Shown here piece by piece: positions 38,081-47,602 of a DNA stretch of 64,000 bases (the stretch's first letter is position 1; each line of letters starts with the position of its first letter). Origin of the DNA: Clostridia bacterium (GTDB lineage: Bacteria > Bacillota > Clostridia > JAAYHZ01). The translations under genes and the position numbers were made by a program. Location: NCBI GenBank assembly GCA_050950825.1, contig JBMNIH010000008.1:32001-96000 (forward strand), written 5' to 3'. The notes beneath the pieces are model-generated. The model saw nothing but the letters and a program-made list of their open reading frames with translations. It had not been told where the DNA came from and ran no database searches.

Positions 38081-38559
38081 AGAACGATAGCCTCCCTGTC
38101 ATCCTTAACGGCGTTCATGAAATGGACGCCTCCGTCCTTGTATTTTTTCAAAACAAAGTGGGTGGCCGTACTCAGCACTCCGTCGATAACCGCCAGCTTT
38201 TCCGCGACAAACAAGGCGATTTCTTTAAAGTCCTTTCCTTCGACCATCACCGCCAAATCGAATCCCCCGGACATCAAATAGCATCCCGTGACTTGCTTTA
38301 GGGAAGATATTTTATCGGCCACATCATCAAATCCTCGATCCTTTTGCGGATGCACTCGAACTTCAATCAAAGCGGTAACCAGCTGCCTTTCGGTTTTTTC
38401 CCAATTAATCACCGTATTGAAGCCTAAGATTACCCCTTCTTTTTTCATTCGAATGATTTCATTTCGTACGATTTCTTCATCCTCATCCAAAAGGACCGCC
38501 AATTGCTTTATTGTCAGGTTTCCGTTTTTTTCAAGTATCTTTAATATTCTTTCCTGCAT
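38077..38559 (-). CDS. Lrp/AsnC family transcriptional regulator (YugG/AlaR-like)
   Basis: N-terminal HTH, YLMSGGFDL, STATHFVLKKYK. Overlaps the aminotransferase start. Confidence 0.9.
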   Translation of the reverse strand: MQERILKILEKNGNLTIKQLAVLLDEDEEIVRNEIIRMKKEGVILGFNTVINWEKTERQLVTALIEVRVHPQKDRGFDDVADKISSLKQVTGCYLMSGGFDLAVMVEGKDFKEIALFVAEKLAVIDGVLSTATHFVLKKYKDGGVHFMNAVKDDREAIVL

Positions 38560-38675
38560 GAAAGGTTTCTCCTCTTACAAAAAAATACGGCACCTTGTAT
38601 TTACAGGGTGCATATTTTCAACGCCAAAACATTCCGAAGAAATGATTTTGTTCTTTTTTATACGATCCCTATAAT

Positions 38676-39116
38676 TTAAGCATCCTTCATTTTCTCTTCG
38701 ATTGCCGAAATGGAGACTTCGAAATGCTGCAGCATGGATACCACTTCCTCTCGTAAGGTTTTCACGATGGATCGCATATCCACTATGCGTTCTCTTTCTT
38801 TTTCCAGCATTTCTTCCAAGGCTCTTTTTTCTTCTTCCGCCTGCGCATGTACGTTTCGTATCACTTCTTCCGCCTTTTCTTCGGCTTTCAACAAAGCATT
38901 GGCGATTTTTTGCCGTTCCACATCCAGATTTCCGGCTTCCGCTTTCAACCAATCGTATGCTTTTTGATTTTCCGTCAGCGCCGACTTCAAAGCGGCAATT
39001 TCTTTATCCTTCTTGGCCAATTCATCCTTCATTTTTTTTACGTATTCGTCCACTTGGTTCTTTTGATACCCGTATAAAGCATTGCCGAATAATTTATCCT
39101 GCGCCATAATCTCCAC
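38676..39116 (-). CDS. DivIVA-domain coiled-coil protein
   Basis: F..ALYGY...QVDEY motif followed by a coiled coil. Confidence 0.8.
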   Translation of the reverse strand: MEIMAQDKLFGNALYGYQKNQVDEYVKKMKDELAKKDKEIAALKSALTENQKAYDWLKAEAGNLDVERQKIANALLKAEEKAEEVIRNVHAQAEEEKRALEEMLEKERERIVDMRSIVKTLREEVVSMLQHFEVSISAIEEKMKDA

Positions 39117-39224
39117 CTCACATCGATTTTAAGACCCAAATCCATACTATCCTGTCATTTTTAACATTATAGCATAATGCTTTTAAGCATGCAACGAAGG
39201 CCCCATGCGAAACAGTCGATAACT

Positions 39225-39249
39225 AAAAAACGCCGTTGAGGCGTTTTTT
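39225..39249. terminator. Intrinsic terminator downstream of secG
   Basis: AAAAAACGCC-GTTGA-GGCGTTTTTT. Confidence 0.8.
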
Positions 39250-39294
39250 CATCAATTGTCTTTCGTCTTTCAAAAAAGGACTTTTTAGGTTCAT

Positions 39295-39537
39295 CTACTT
39301 TAACAAAAGGTAAAGAATAATGGATGTCACCAAAAAAGCGATGGCTACGAATTTTGTGTATTTTTCCAGCATGGCATCGATGGTACGTCCTTTGTTCTTC
39401 CCGAAAAAGGTTTCGGCGCCACCGGAAATGGTACCGCTCAGGCCTGCGGATTTACCCGATTGCAAAAGCACAATGGCAATCAAGGAGATACAAAATATTA
39501 AATGTACTATCGTTATCAAAATTTCTACAGCTCTCAA
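39295..39537 (-). CDS. secG: Preprotein translocase subunit SecG
   Basis: VLLQSGKSAGLSG.I.GGAE.FFGK with two TM helices. Confidence 0.95.
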   Translation of the reverse strand: MRAVEILITIVHLIFCISLIAIVLLQSGKSAGLSGTISGGAETFFGKNKGRTIDAMLEKYTKFVAIAFLVTSIILYLLLK

Positions 39538-39669
39538 TTCAACACCACCTAATCATAGTTCGGTAATAACCGCATCGTCAATTTTAACACATGGATAGGA
39601 GGAATACAATAGGGAAAGCAAATTTCTTTCATTTCCTCCCTCGCCATTCCTCCTTCCTTCGCCCTATAC

Positions 39670-40740
39670 TCAACGATATACGGGAACATCCTTCCATACA
39701 TTGCCTTCCATGGCGGCTTCGTGTGCAATGATGCCGGGAACGGTCATCTCGAGACCGCGAACCACGTCAATGGCAGGCGTTTTGTCGAATTCGATGGCAT
39801 CCAAAAAGTCTTCCACCAAATAGAATTCGGAAGAGCCGTGTCCTCCCACCAAGGTTTCTTTCGGGGCGTCAAAGTCTCTCGGACTGCATACGATTTTAAC
39901 GCCTTTCGGGTCTTCCCCTTCGAAATACCGCATTCCGATATTTTCGTAATCTTCACGGCCGCTTTCTAAAAATCCGTATTTGCCGTAAATGCCGTATGTA
40001 CATAACGGCGGTCTTCTTGTGGCGACGGAGCTTCTTAATACTTTTATGGTAGCGCCTTTGGCCGTTTCAAACAAAGCAACCTGTATGTCGATGGCACCCG
40101 GACCCACATCACGAATGATGGTCTTGTTTTTTCCCGAGCATGTGGCCTTGACGATATAGTCGTCCATCAAATACAACAGCGGCCCTAAGCTGTGGGAACA
40201 ATAGTGGATCGGAGGACGCTGCGCTCTCCAGTTGGGGCTGTCCGTTGCGGGGTCGATAACCAGGTGCCGGATTTCATGAACATAGTCCGCTTCCGCATAG
40301 TAAATGGGACCTAATTTCCCGGCATCCACCCACTTTTTCCACTGACGGCAAAAATGCATGTAGATACAGTTTTCCGCTAACATGTATTTGTATTTGGAGC
40401 GGCTCGCCGCTTTAAAAATGGCTTCACAGCCTTCAATGGTATCGGAAGCCGTAACTTCGCTTAAAACGTGCTTCCCGTTTTCCAATGCGGCTACGGTCTG
40501 TTCCGCATGAAAAGGAATGGGGGTACCTAACACCACAATATCAATATCCGCATTTACGAAATCGTAGTAATCCGTAAACAACCGGTTATCATTCAAATGA
40601 TATTGCTTGGCGATCTCAACCAAGGGCTCGTGCTTCAAATCGCAAACCGCGGCAATCTCGGTTCTCGGATTGTTTGCAAATACACTCAAGTAGGAGGACC
40701 CCCTGCGTACTCCTACCAGCCCTACTTTATACTTTTTCAT
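39670..40740 (-). CDS. Gfo/Idh/MocA family oxidoreductase
   Basis: GLVG..RG, GKHVLSEV, YMLAEN, Y.H, HSLGP, GGHG. Confidence 0.88.
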   Translation of the reverse strand: MKKYKVGLVGVRRGSSYLSVFANNPRTEIAAVCDLKHEPLVEIAKQYHLNDNRLFTDYYDFVNADIDIVVLGTPIPFHAEQTVAALENGKHVLSEVTASDTIEGCEAIFKAASRSKYKYMLAENCIYMHFCRQWKKWVDAGKLGPIYYAEADYVHEIRHLVIDPATDSPNWRAQRPPIHYCSHSLGPLLYLMDDYIVKATCSGKNKTIIRDVGPGAIDIQVALFETAKGATIKVLRSSVATRRPPLCTYGIYGKYGFLESGREDYENIGMRYFEGEDPKGVKIVCSPRDFDAPKETLVGGHGSSEFYLVEDFLDAIEFDKTPAIDVVRGLEMTVPGIIAHEAAMEGNVWKDVPVYR

Positions 40741-40859
40741 ATGACGTACTCCTTTCGATCCGTAACGTTTCTATGGTTCTTAATTTTTCAAAATATGCTC
40801 TGTCATTTTATCCAAATGTTAATCTCTTTGCAATGATTTTCTTTTCGGATGCTTCATAT

Positions 40860-42215
40860 TTATTCACCGGCGACGGATAATTTCTCAATTAACAAGGAAG
40901 GAGCGCCTTTGTATCCGCCTCCGTCCGGCATACCGAATTTAAAATCGTTTCCGACGGCTGCCACGTCCTTTAACAAGGTCAAGTAATTGCCGGATACGGT
41001 GATTTGCTCAACGGGACGTTCTTTTTTACCGTTCTTGATATAGAAGCCTCGAGCGGACAGCGAAAAGTCTCCGGATACGGTGTTCAATCCGGCATGGAGA
41101 CCTTCGATTTCCGTAATCATAATTCCGGTTCCCATACGATTGAGCATTTCGGCTACATCCGTATCGCCGTTTTCGATATAGAAATTGGTCGGCGCAATGG
41201 AGATGGATGAAGAATAGGAGGCGCGGTACGCATTTCCCGTAGTCTCCGTTCCGTCCGTCAATGCCGTTTTCAAATTGTGGAAATAGGTAGTCAAAACGCC
41301 TTTATCCACGATTTTTTTGTACCGGCAAGCCACCCCTTCGTCATCGAAGGCTCGATACCCCGCCGCCATGTCTATAAAGGGATCGTCTATGAAAGAAATC
41401 TTTTCCGAAGCGATGGCCTCTCCCAGTTTCCCTTTGAGAAGAGAAAGACCCTTTTGCACCAATTCGGCATTGAAAATATCGGAGCAAGCGCTGAAAAGAT
41501 CAATCACCGCTTCTCTGTCCATCAAAACGGGATAGGATCCGGATTTTACGCTTTTCCCGCCCAACAAGGAAATGGCGTTTTCGCAGGCTTCTCTTGCAAT
41601 TTCCTCGGCGTTAAAGGTATAAAAGTCCCCGGAGCAGCGGTACGCGGTTCCGGATTTTTTATCGTTTCCGTCGGAGGCCACCACATTGACAATACAGTAA
41701 GCCATATTGTTCTTCGAGAACAATTCCAAGCCTTTTGTGTTCTTAATGAGGGTTTCCCCGGAGCTGTCCCCGTAATAGCAGTAGGGAACCGATTCGATGC
41801 GTTTATCGAAGGCATACGCCTTGGCTTCCATTTCCTTTGCAAACTCGATTTTTTCTTTTTCCGTGACCCGGTCCAGCTTTTCGGAATAGGTATCCTTTAG
41901 CTTGTATTCGGGGGATCCTTCGAAAATCACTTCCTTGTCTTCGTTGGTCAAAACTTCGGCGTTTTCCTTTGCATTGCGAGCCAACATCTCAACGGAGGAT
42001 TCGTCTAACTTGCTTGTATGGGCATATCCCATCTGTCCGTTGTACTCCCCTCGCAAGGATAAGCCCTCGGAAGAGGAAACGCTGTAATTGTCAATTTCCC
42101 CTTTATGGATACGTACACGGAAGCTGCTGCCCTTTCCCAAGTAGATCTCCATATCCTTCAAACCGTATTCTCTTCCCTTATCAAAGATCTTTTCCATCAA
42201 ATCCTTTTTAGCCAT
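40860..42215 (-). CDS. pmbA: PmbA/TldE family protein
   Basis: FDDEG, TGNAYR, GLHAG.N.VSGDFS, PVEQITVSGN. Lacks HExxH. Confidence 0.9.
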   Translation of the reverse strand: MAKKDLMEKIFDKGREYGLKDMEIYLGKGSSFRVRIHKGEIDNYSVSSSEGLSLRGEYNGQMGYAHTSKLDESSVEMLARNAKENAEVLTNEDKEVIFEGSPEYKLKDTYSEKLDRVTEKEKIEFAKEMEAKAYAFDKRIESVPYCYYGDSSGETLIKNTKGLELFSKNNMAYCIVNVVASDGNDKKSGTAYRCSGDFYTFNAEEIAREACENAISLLGGKSVKSGSYPVLMDREAVIDLFSACSDIFNAELVQKGLSLLKGKLGEAIASEKISFIDDPFIDMAAGYRAFDDEGVACRYKKIVDKGVLTTYFHNLKTALTDGTETTGNAYRASYSSSISIAPTNFYIENGDTDVAEMLNRMGTGIMITEIEGLHAGLNTVSGDFSLSARGFYIKNGKKERPVEQITVSGNYLTLLKDVAAVGNDFKFGMPDGGGYKGAPSLLIEKLSVAGE

Positions 42216-43605
42216 TCTGAGCACCGTCCCTTCCTCCTACAATCATTTCGCTGACTCGGATTACCGGTTGGCCTACGTTCGTGGGAACATTTCCGCTTAA
42301 AGATCCGCACACCCCTTGACCGAAGGCCAAATCGCTGCCGACCATGTCGATCCTTTGGATGACTTCATTGCCTTTTCCGATTAAGGTTGCGCCTCGAACC
42401 GGCTCCGCAATTTTACCGTTTCGAATCATGTATCCTTCCGCAACGCTGAAGTTGAATTCTCCCGTGGAAGGGTTCACCGAACCGCCGCCCATCTTTGCGG
42501 CATAAAGTCCGTATTCGGTACCGGCTATGATCTCGTCGAAGGTATCGGATCCGGGTGCAATGTAGGTATTGCTCATACGGGATGTAGGTGCATAGCGGAA
42601 ATTCTGTCTTCTGCCGCTTCCCGTGGATTTTGCATTCATGCGCCTTGCATTCAGCAGATCGATCATATATCCTTTCAGGATACCGTTTTCGATTAATATT
42701 CTTTTTTGTGTCGGCGTGCCTTCATCGTCGATGTTGGTAGAACCCCATGCGTTGGGAATGGTTCCGTCGTCGATGGCGGTTACCTTTTCGTTGGCGACCT
42801 TCTGTCCTACTTTACCTGCAAAAACGGAGTTTCCTTTTGCCACCGACGTGGCTTCCAAACCGTGTCCGCAAGCTTCGTGGAAAATGACACCGCCGAAGCC
42901 GTTGGCCAAAACCACGGGCATCCGGCCGCCCGGACAGTAATTGGCGTGAATCATGGTTACCGCCGTTCGCGCCGCCTTTCGTGCATATTCTTCCACATCC
43001 AGGCTTTCGAAAAATTCAAAACCGCAATGGGCTCCCGGACCATCTACCCCGGTTTGCATTTCATTGCCTTTCGATGCCACGGCGCTGATGTGCATACGGA
43101 CGTAGGTCCTATCGTCTTCTACGAATCGGCCGTCGGAATTGGCCACCAAAATATGCTTTTTGCTGTCCGAGTAATTGATGCTGACTTGAGAAATCAAAGA
43201 ATCTACGCTTTTCGCCGCTTTGTGTGCCGCTGTCATCAATTGCACTTTTTTGCTTTTTTCAATTTTGTGAGGAGGAATTTGAATGATGTGAATGTTGTCA
43301 ATGATATCCTCCTTGAGTTCCGCTCTTTGGATTCGTCCGTCCTTTTTAAGGGCCTGTGCCGCTTTTTTAACGATTTTCGCGATCTCTTCCTTATCGCTTC
43401 CACATGTGTATGCGTATATGGCGTTGTACCCGTCAAATATACGGACGCCGACACCGTAATCCCTTCCGGCGGAAGCTTTGTACACCGTACCGCCTAGCAT
43501 GGTCAGCGCATTGGACTCGGTGTCTTCTACGTAAATTTCGGCAAAATCTCCTCCCGTGGACAGGGCTTCGTCCAACAGGCTACCGATGAAATTTTTATCT
43601 AGCAT
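42208..43605 (-). CDS. tldD: TldD family metalloprotease
   Basis: GGDFAEIY, HEACGHGLE, DDEG, RMSNTY, GVCGS. ATG at 43605 has an AGGAG RBS. Confidence 0.93.
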   Translation of the reverse strand: MLDKNFIGSLLDEALSTGGDFAEIYVEDTESNALTMLGGTVYKASAGRDYGVGVRIFDGYNAIYAYTCGSDKEEIAKIVKKAAQALKKDGRIQRAELKEDIIDNIHIIQIPPHKIEKSKKVQLMTAAHKAAKSVDSLISQVSINYSDSKKHILVANSDGRFVEDDRTYVRMHISAVASKGNEMQTGVDGPGAHCGFEFFESLDVEEYARKAARTAVTMIHANYCPGGRMPVVLANGFGGVIFHEACGHGLEATSVAKGNSVFAGKVGQKVANEKVTAIDDGTIPNAWGSTNIDDEGTPTQKRILIENGILKGYMIDLLNARRMNAKSTGSGRRQNFRYAPTSRMSNTYIAPGSDTFDEIIAGTEYGLYAAKMGGGSVNPSTGEFNFSVAEGYMIRNGKIAEPVRGATLIGKGNEVIQRIDMVGSDLAFGQGVCGSLSGNVPTNVGQPVIRVSEMIVGGRDGAQNG

Positions 43606-43618
43606 TTTCCGGCTCCTT

Positions 43619-44572
43619 TCAAATTTTGTGTTTATATAGCCTTCTCTTATCCATGGACCATACGGGTTCCGAAAACTCGCCCGGTTCCACGTTTTGCAAG
43701 CTCTCGGTAAAATCGTATATACGTGCATCCATAAGATCCAAAAGATGCAAAATTTCCGCTTCGATTATCATGGGAGGCTTCGGACTGCCGTATTCGGGTA
43801 TTCCGTGATGGGTAAGAATCATATGCTGAAGCATGAGTGTAATCTCGGGATCAATGGACAAATCGTCGCTCATTCTTTGAATGGACAAAATTCCCATGGG
43901 TATATGCCCGAGCAGCTGGCCTTCCACGGTGTAATCCGCCATTCCCAACGTATTGGATTCCAGCTCGTTCAATTTGTCCATATCGTGAAGAATAATTCCG
44001 GCGAACAACAGGTCTTTGTTGATGCCCTCATAGACATTCGCCACTCCTTGCGCGTTCATGAGCATTCGTTTGATATGGTACAGCAAACCGGAGCGTACGG
44101 CATGGTGCAAGGATTTCGCCGCCGGCCAGTACAGCAGTTTTTCCTTGTTGGTCTCCAAAAAATACCGGACCAACAGCCTCAAGTCGTCGTTTTCAAAGGA
44201 CTCCACACATTGCTCTATGTAAGCAAGCATTTCTTCCGGTTTTTCGGGAGCGGAGGGTACAAAATCCTCGATTTTTTCTTGAATCTCCGGCTCCGCCATT
44301 TTGTACTTGTCAACGGTCAGCTGCAAAACGCCGTTCCACAAGTCCACCCTGCCTTTAACATAATATATTTTATTGACCTGCAAGCCGTCAAACAATTCCG
44401 GCGTGGCATCCCATATTTTTGCGTTAACGGTTCCCGTTTTGTCGCTAAAATCCATATTGACAAACAGCTTACCCGACTGGGCTTTTCTTAATTCCTTTTG
44501 TTTTAAAATATACAGCCCGGTTGCAACGCTTCCGGCCGCCAAATCGACTATACGTGTTCCTTGAAAATTCAA
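43619..44572 (-). CDS. yhaM: 3'-5' exoribonuclease YhaM/Cbf1 (OB fold plus HD domain)
   Basis: DKTG...AKIW, PAAK..HHA..GLL.H, LHDMDK, GQLLGHI, HHG..EYGSP. Confidence 0.9.
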   Translation of the reverse strand: MNFQGTRIVDLAAGSVATGLYILKQKELRKAQSGKLFVNMDFSDKTGTVNAKIWDATPELFDGLQVNKIYYVKGRVDLWNGVLQLTVDKYKMAEPEIQEKIEDFVPSAPEKPEEMLAYIEQCVESFENDDLRLLVRYFLETNKEKLLYWPAAKSLHHAVRSGLLYHIKRMLMNAQGVANVYEGINKDLLFAGIILHDMDKLNELESNTLGMADYTVEGQLLGHIPMGILSIQRMSDDLSIDPEITLMLQHMILTHHGIPEYGSPKPPMIIEAEILHLLDLMDARIYDFTESLQNVEPGEFSEPVWSMDKRRLYKHKI

Positions 44573-44585
44573 TCGTTTTTCCTCC

Positions 44586-45935
44586 TTAGTTTAACCGACC
44601 TTCGATTACTTTAACCAATTCCATAGCCCGATCGGTAATATATTTTTTATCCTGTCCTTCTATCATAACACGAATCAGCGGTTCCGTGCCGGATGCTCGT
44701 ATTAAAACTCGGCCTTCGCCTTTGAAATCTTCCTCCAACTGGCTGCGCATCTTTTGAATGACGGGGTCTTCCATGAATCGATTTTTGTTTTCATTGGACA
44801 CCTTGGCATTTAAAAGAACCTGCGGATACACCTGCATGACGGATGCTAACTCCGATAAGGGTTTTCCCGTGGTTTTCATGATTTCCAGCAAATGCATGGA
44901 TGTCAACAACCCGTCTCCGGTTGTGGCATGCTGCAAAAGAATCGTGTGTCCGGACTGCTCTCCTCCTAATACATAGCCGTTATTCAACATTTCATCCAAA
45001 ACGTAGCGGTCCCCGACTTTCGTTTTCACAATATTCAGCCCGTGTTTTTCAGCCATTTTAAATAAACCCAAGTTACTCATGACCGTAGCCACAATGGTAT
45101 TGTCAATCAAGGAGTGGTTTTCCTTCATGTGCAGACCCAAGATGGCCAAAACTCGGTCTCCGTCCACCACTCCGCCCTTTTCATCTACGGCCATAAAGCG
45201 GTCGGCGTCTCCGTCAAAGGCGATTCCCATATCGTAGCCGTTTCCTTTAACGACCTTGATCAAGCTTTCCAAATCGGTGGCTCCGCAGTGGTAATTGATA
45301 TTGACACCGTTGGGTTCCCCGGCGATGACGTCTACGGAAGCACCCAATCTTTTAAAAAGCTCCGGACCGATTTTGTACGCGGCACCGTTTGCACAGTCCA
45401 TCACCAGCCTCATGCCGCTAAAATCCGTTTCCACGGTTCCCGATAGAAAGCTCGCGTAATCCTGTCCGCTTACGGTTATATCGCTTTTTTTACCTACTTT
45501 ATCTCCGATCGGCCGTACGGAGTCCAAGGTACCGTTCGAAACAAGTTCTTCGATCTTTTCTTCCAAACGATCGCTCAGCTTGTATCCTTTGGAATTGAAT
45601 ATTTTTATACCGTTAAACTCAAAGGAGTTGTGAGAAGCGGATATGACGATGCCGGCGTCGGCATGATACAATTGGGTTAAATAGGCGATGCCGGGAGTGG
45701 GAATCACCCCGAGACACATGGCGTGGCCCCCCATGGAGCAAATGCCCGCCGTTATGGCTGCCTCCAAAAGATCTCCGGATATTCTCGTATCTTTTCCGAT
45801 TAAAATGACGGGACTGTGAAACGTCTGCTCTGCGATGACGTACGTAGCCGCTCTTCCGATTTCAAATGCCAAATGACCGGTCAATTCCATATTTGCAATT
45901 CCGCGAATGCCGTCGGTACCGAATAATTTCTTCAT
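44586..45935 (-). CDS. glmM: Phosphoglucosamine mutase
   Basis: FGTDGIRG, SASHN, FDGDADR, GGEQSGH, RASGTEP. Confidence 0.96.
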   Translation of the reverse strand: MKKLFGTDGIRGIANMELTGHLAFEIGRAATYVIAEQTFHSPVILIGKDTRISGDLLEAAITAGICSMGGHAMCLGVIPTPGIAYLTQLYHADAGIVISASHNSFEFNGIKIFNSKGYKLSDRLEEKIEELVSNGTLDSVRPIGDKVGKKSDITVSGQDYASFLSGTVETDFSGMRLVMDCANGAAYKIGPELFKRLGASVDVIAGEPNGVNINYHCGATDLESLIKVVKGNGYDMGIAFDGDADRFMAVDEKGGVVDGDRVLAILGLHMKENHSLIDNTIVATVMSNLGLFKMAEKHGLNIVKTKVGDRYVLDEMLNNGYVLGGEQSGHTILLQHATTGDGLLTSMHLLEIMKTTGKPLSELASVMQVYPQVLLNAKVSNENKNRFMEDPVIQKMRSQLEEDFKGEGRVLIRASGTEPLIRVMIEGQDKKYITDRAMELVKVIEGRLN

Positions 45936-46010
45936 ACATCTTCAACCATTTTCTTTCAAAGAATCTATTCCTATTTTATTATCAATTTCGCCGATTTTCA
46001 ATAGAATCTG

Positions 46011-47585
46011 TCACAAAAAAGGAGAATACTGTCTGATGATACTTTCCGCAATCCTCAAGCCGTCTACCGCAGCACTCATGATGCCTCCCGCATACCCGGC
46101 TCCTTCTCCCCCGGGCAGGATTCCGAAAAAGCCTAAACAGTGAAAAGAATCGTTTCTTAAGATGCGGACGGGAGAAGAGGTTCGCGTTTCCACGCCGGTC
46201 AACACCGCATCGTTTTGAATAAAGCCGGGAATTTGCTTGTCAAAAACAAGCAAGCCTTCTTTTAAGGAGGAAGCGATATCCAAAGGTAAGCATTCTTCAA
46301 CGGATCCCGGCTCCACGCCGCCGGTATAGGAAGGAGTCACCGTTCCGAATTGATAGGTTCTTTTTCCCGCCAAAAAGTCTTTTACCAATTGGGCGGGCGC
46401 TTTGCCGAGGCCTGCGGCAAAAGCCGCTTTTTCCATTCTTCTTTGGAACTCCACTCCGGCTAACGGGTGATCGGAGGGGTAATCCTTCGGACCTACCGAA
46501 ACCACCAGGGCGGCGTTGGCGTTATCCAAATCCCGAGCATAATAGCTCATGCCGTTGGTTACGACGGTATTTTCTTCCGAAGCCGCCGCCACCACCGTAC
46601 CTCCGGGACACATACAGAAGGAATAGACGCCTCTGTCCTTGATCTTGCACGCCAGCTTGTAATCCGCAGGAGGTAGCATTCGTGCATACGCGCCGTACCG
46701 AGATTCGCTTATAAAGGATTGCTTATGTTCCACCCTTACACCCACGGCCATAGGCTTTTGCGTTATTTGAATGCCTTTTGAAAGCAGCATTTGAAAAGTA
46801 TCTCTTGCGCTGTGGCCTATGGCAAGAACCAAGATCTCGCAAGGAATATCTCCGCGGGTGGTTTTTATACCGCAGACTTTATCGTTTCGGAGAACCAAAT
46901 CCTTCATTTCGGTATGAAACGAAAAGGACCCTCCTAAGCGGATGATCTCGTTACGCATCCGAACCAACAAGCCTCGAAGCAAATCCGTTCCGATGTGAGG
47001 CTTGGAAAGGTACAAAATCTCCTTCGGAGCACCGAACCTTACAAACTGCTCCAACACATAATCGCACCAAGGATCGACAATGCCGGTGGTCAGTTTCCCG
47101 TCGGAAAAGGTGCCCGCACCTCCTTCGCCGAATTGAACGTTGCTTTTTATATCCAATTTCCCGGTATTCCAATATTCCTTCACCTTCAGGACTCTTTCCT
47201 CTACGGGTCCCCCCTGCTCGATGATTACGGGACGGTATCCGTGCCGGGCCAAAAGAAATCCCGCAAAAAGGCCGCAAGGACCGCTGCCTACTATAACAGG
47301 CGGGTCTTGCAGCCTTGTATTACCTATCTTGATATCGGACACCTTGGATTCTTCATAGGGTTTTATGTCTATACGGTTTTTCACCCGAACATTATTCGAT
47401 GTTTCCAGTAAGACCGAAAAGACAAACCGAATATCGTCTTTGTTTCTAGCGTCGATGCTTTTTTTCAATATGCGCCATGAAAGTACGGCGGATTTGGCGA
47501 TTCCCGCTTTTTTCACGGCATATTCCAATACTTGCCGGTCATCCGTATCGATGCCGCATTTAATATTTTGGACAATGTATTTCAT
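46011..47585 (-). CDS. Uncharacterised FAD-dependent oxidoreductase
   Basis: IVGSGPCG, QFGEGGAGTFSDGKL, PHIGTD, FCMCPGG, ETRTSSP, GEGAGYAGGI. Confidence 0.88.
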   Translation of the reverse strand: MKYIVQNIKCGIDTDDRQVLEYAVKKAGIAKSAVLSWRILKKSIDARNKDDIRFVFSVLLETSNNVRVKNRIDIKPYEESKVSDIKIGNTRLQDPPVIVGSGPCGLFAGFLLARHGYRPVIIEQGGPVEERVLKVKEYWNTGKLDIKSNVQFGEGGAGTFSDGKLTTGIVDPWCDYVLEQFVRFGAPKEILYLSKPHIGTDLLRGLLVRMRNEIIRLGGSFSFHTEMKDLVLRNDKVCGIKTTRGDIPCEILVLAIGHSARDTFQMLLSKGIQITQKPMAVGVRVEHKQSFISESRYGAYARMLPPADYKLACKIKDRGVYSFCMCPGGTVVAAASEENTVVTNGMSYYARDLDNANAALVVSVGPKDYPSDHPLAGVEFQRRMEKAAFAAGLGKAPAQLVKDFLAGKRTYQFGTVTPSYTGGVEPGSVEECLPLDIASSLKEGLLVFDKQIPGFIQNDAVLTGVETRTSSPVRILRNDSFHCLGFFGILPGGEGAGYAGGIMSAAVDGLRIAESIIRQYSPFL

Positions 47586-47602
47586 GGATTATCCTCTTTT
47601 AC

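Noticed and set aside
43606-43728. N-terminal extension of TldD in the ORF track
   Set aside because: Overlaps yhaM. The ATG at 43605 has a good RBS and a family-typical start.
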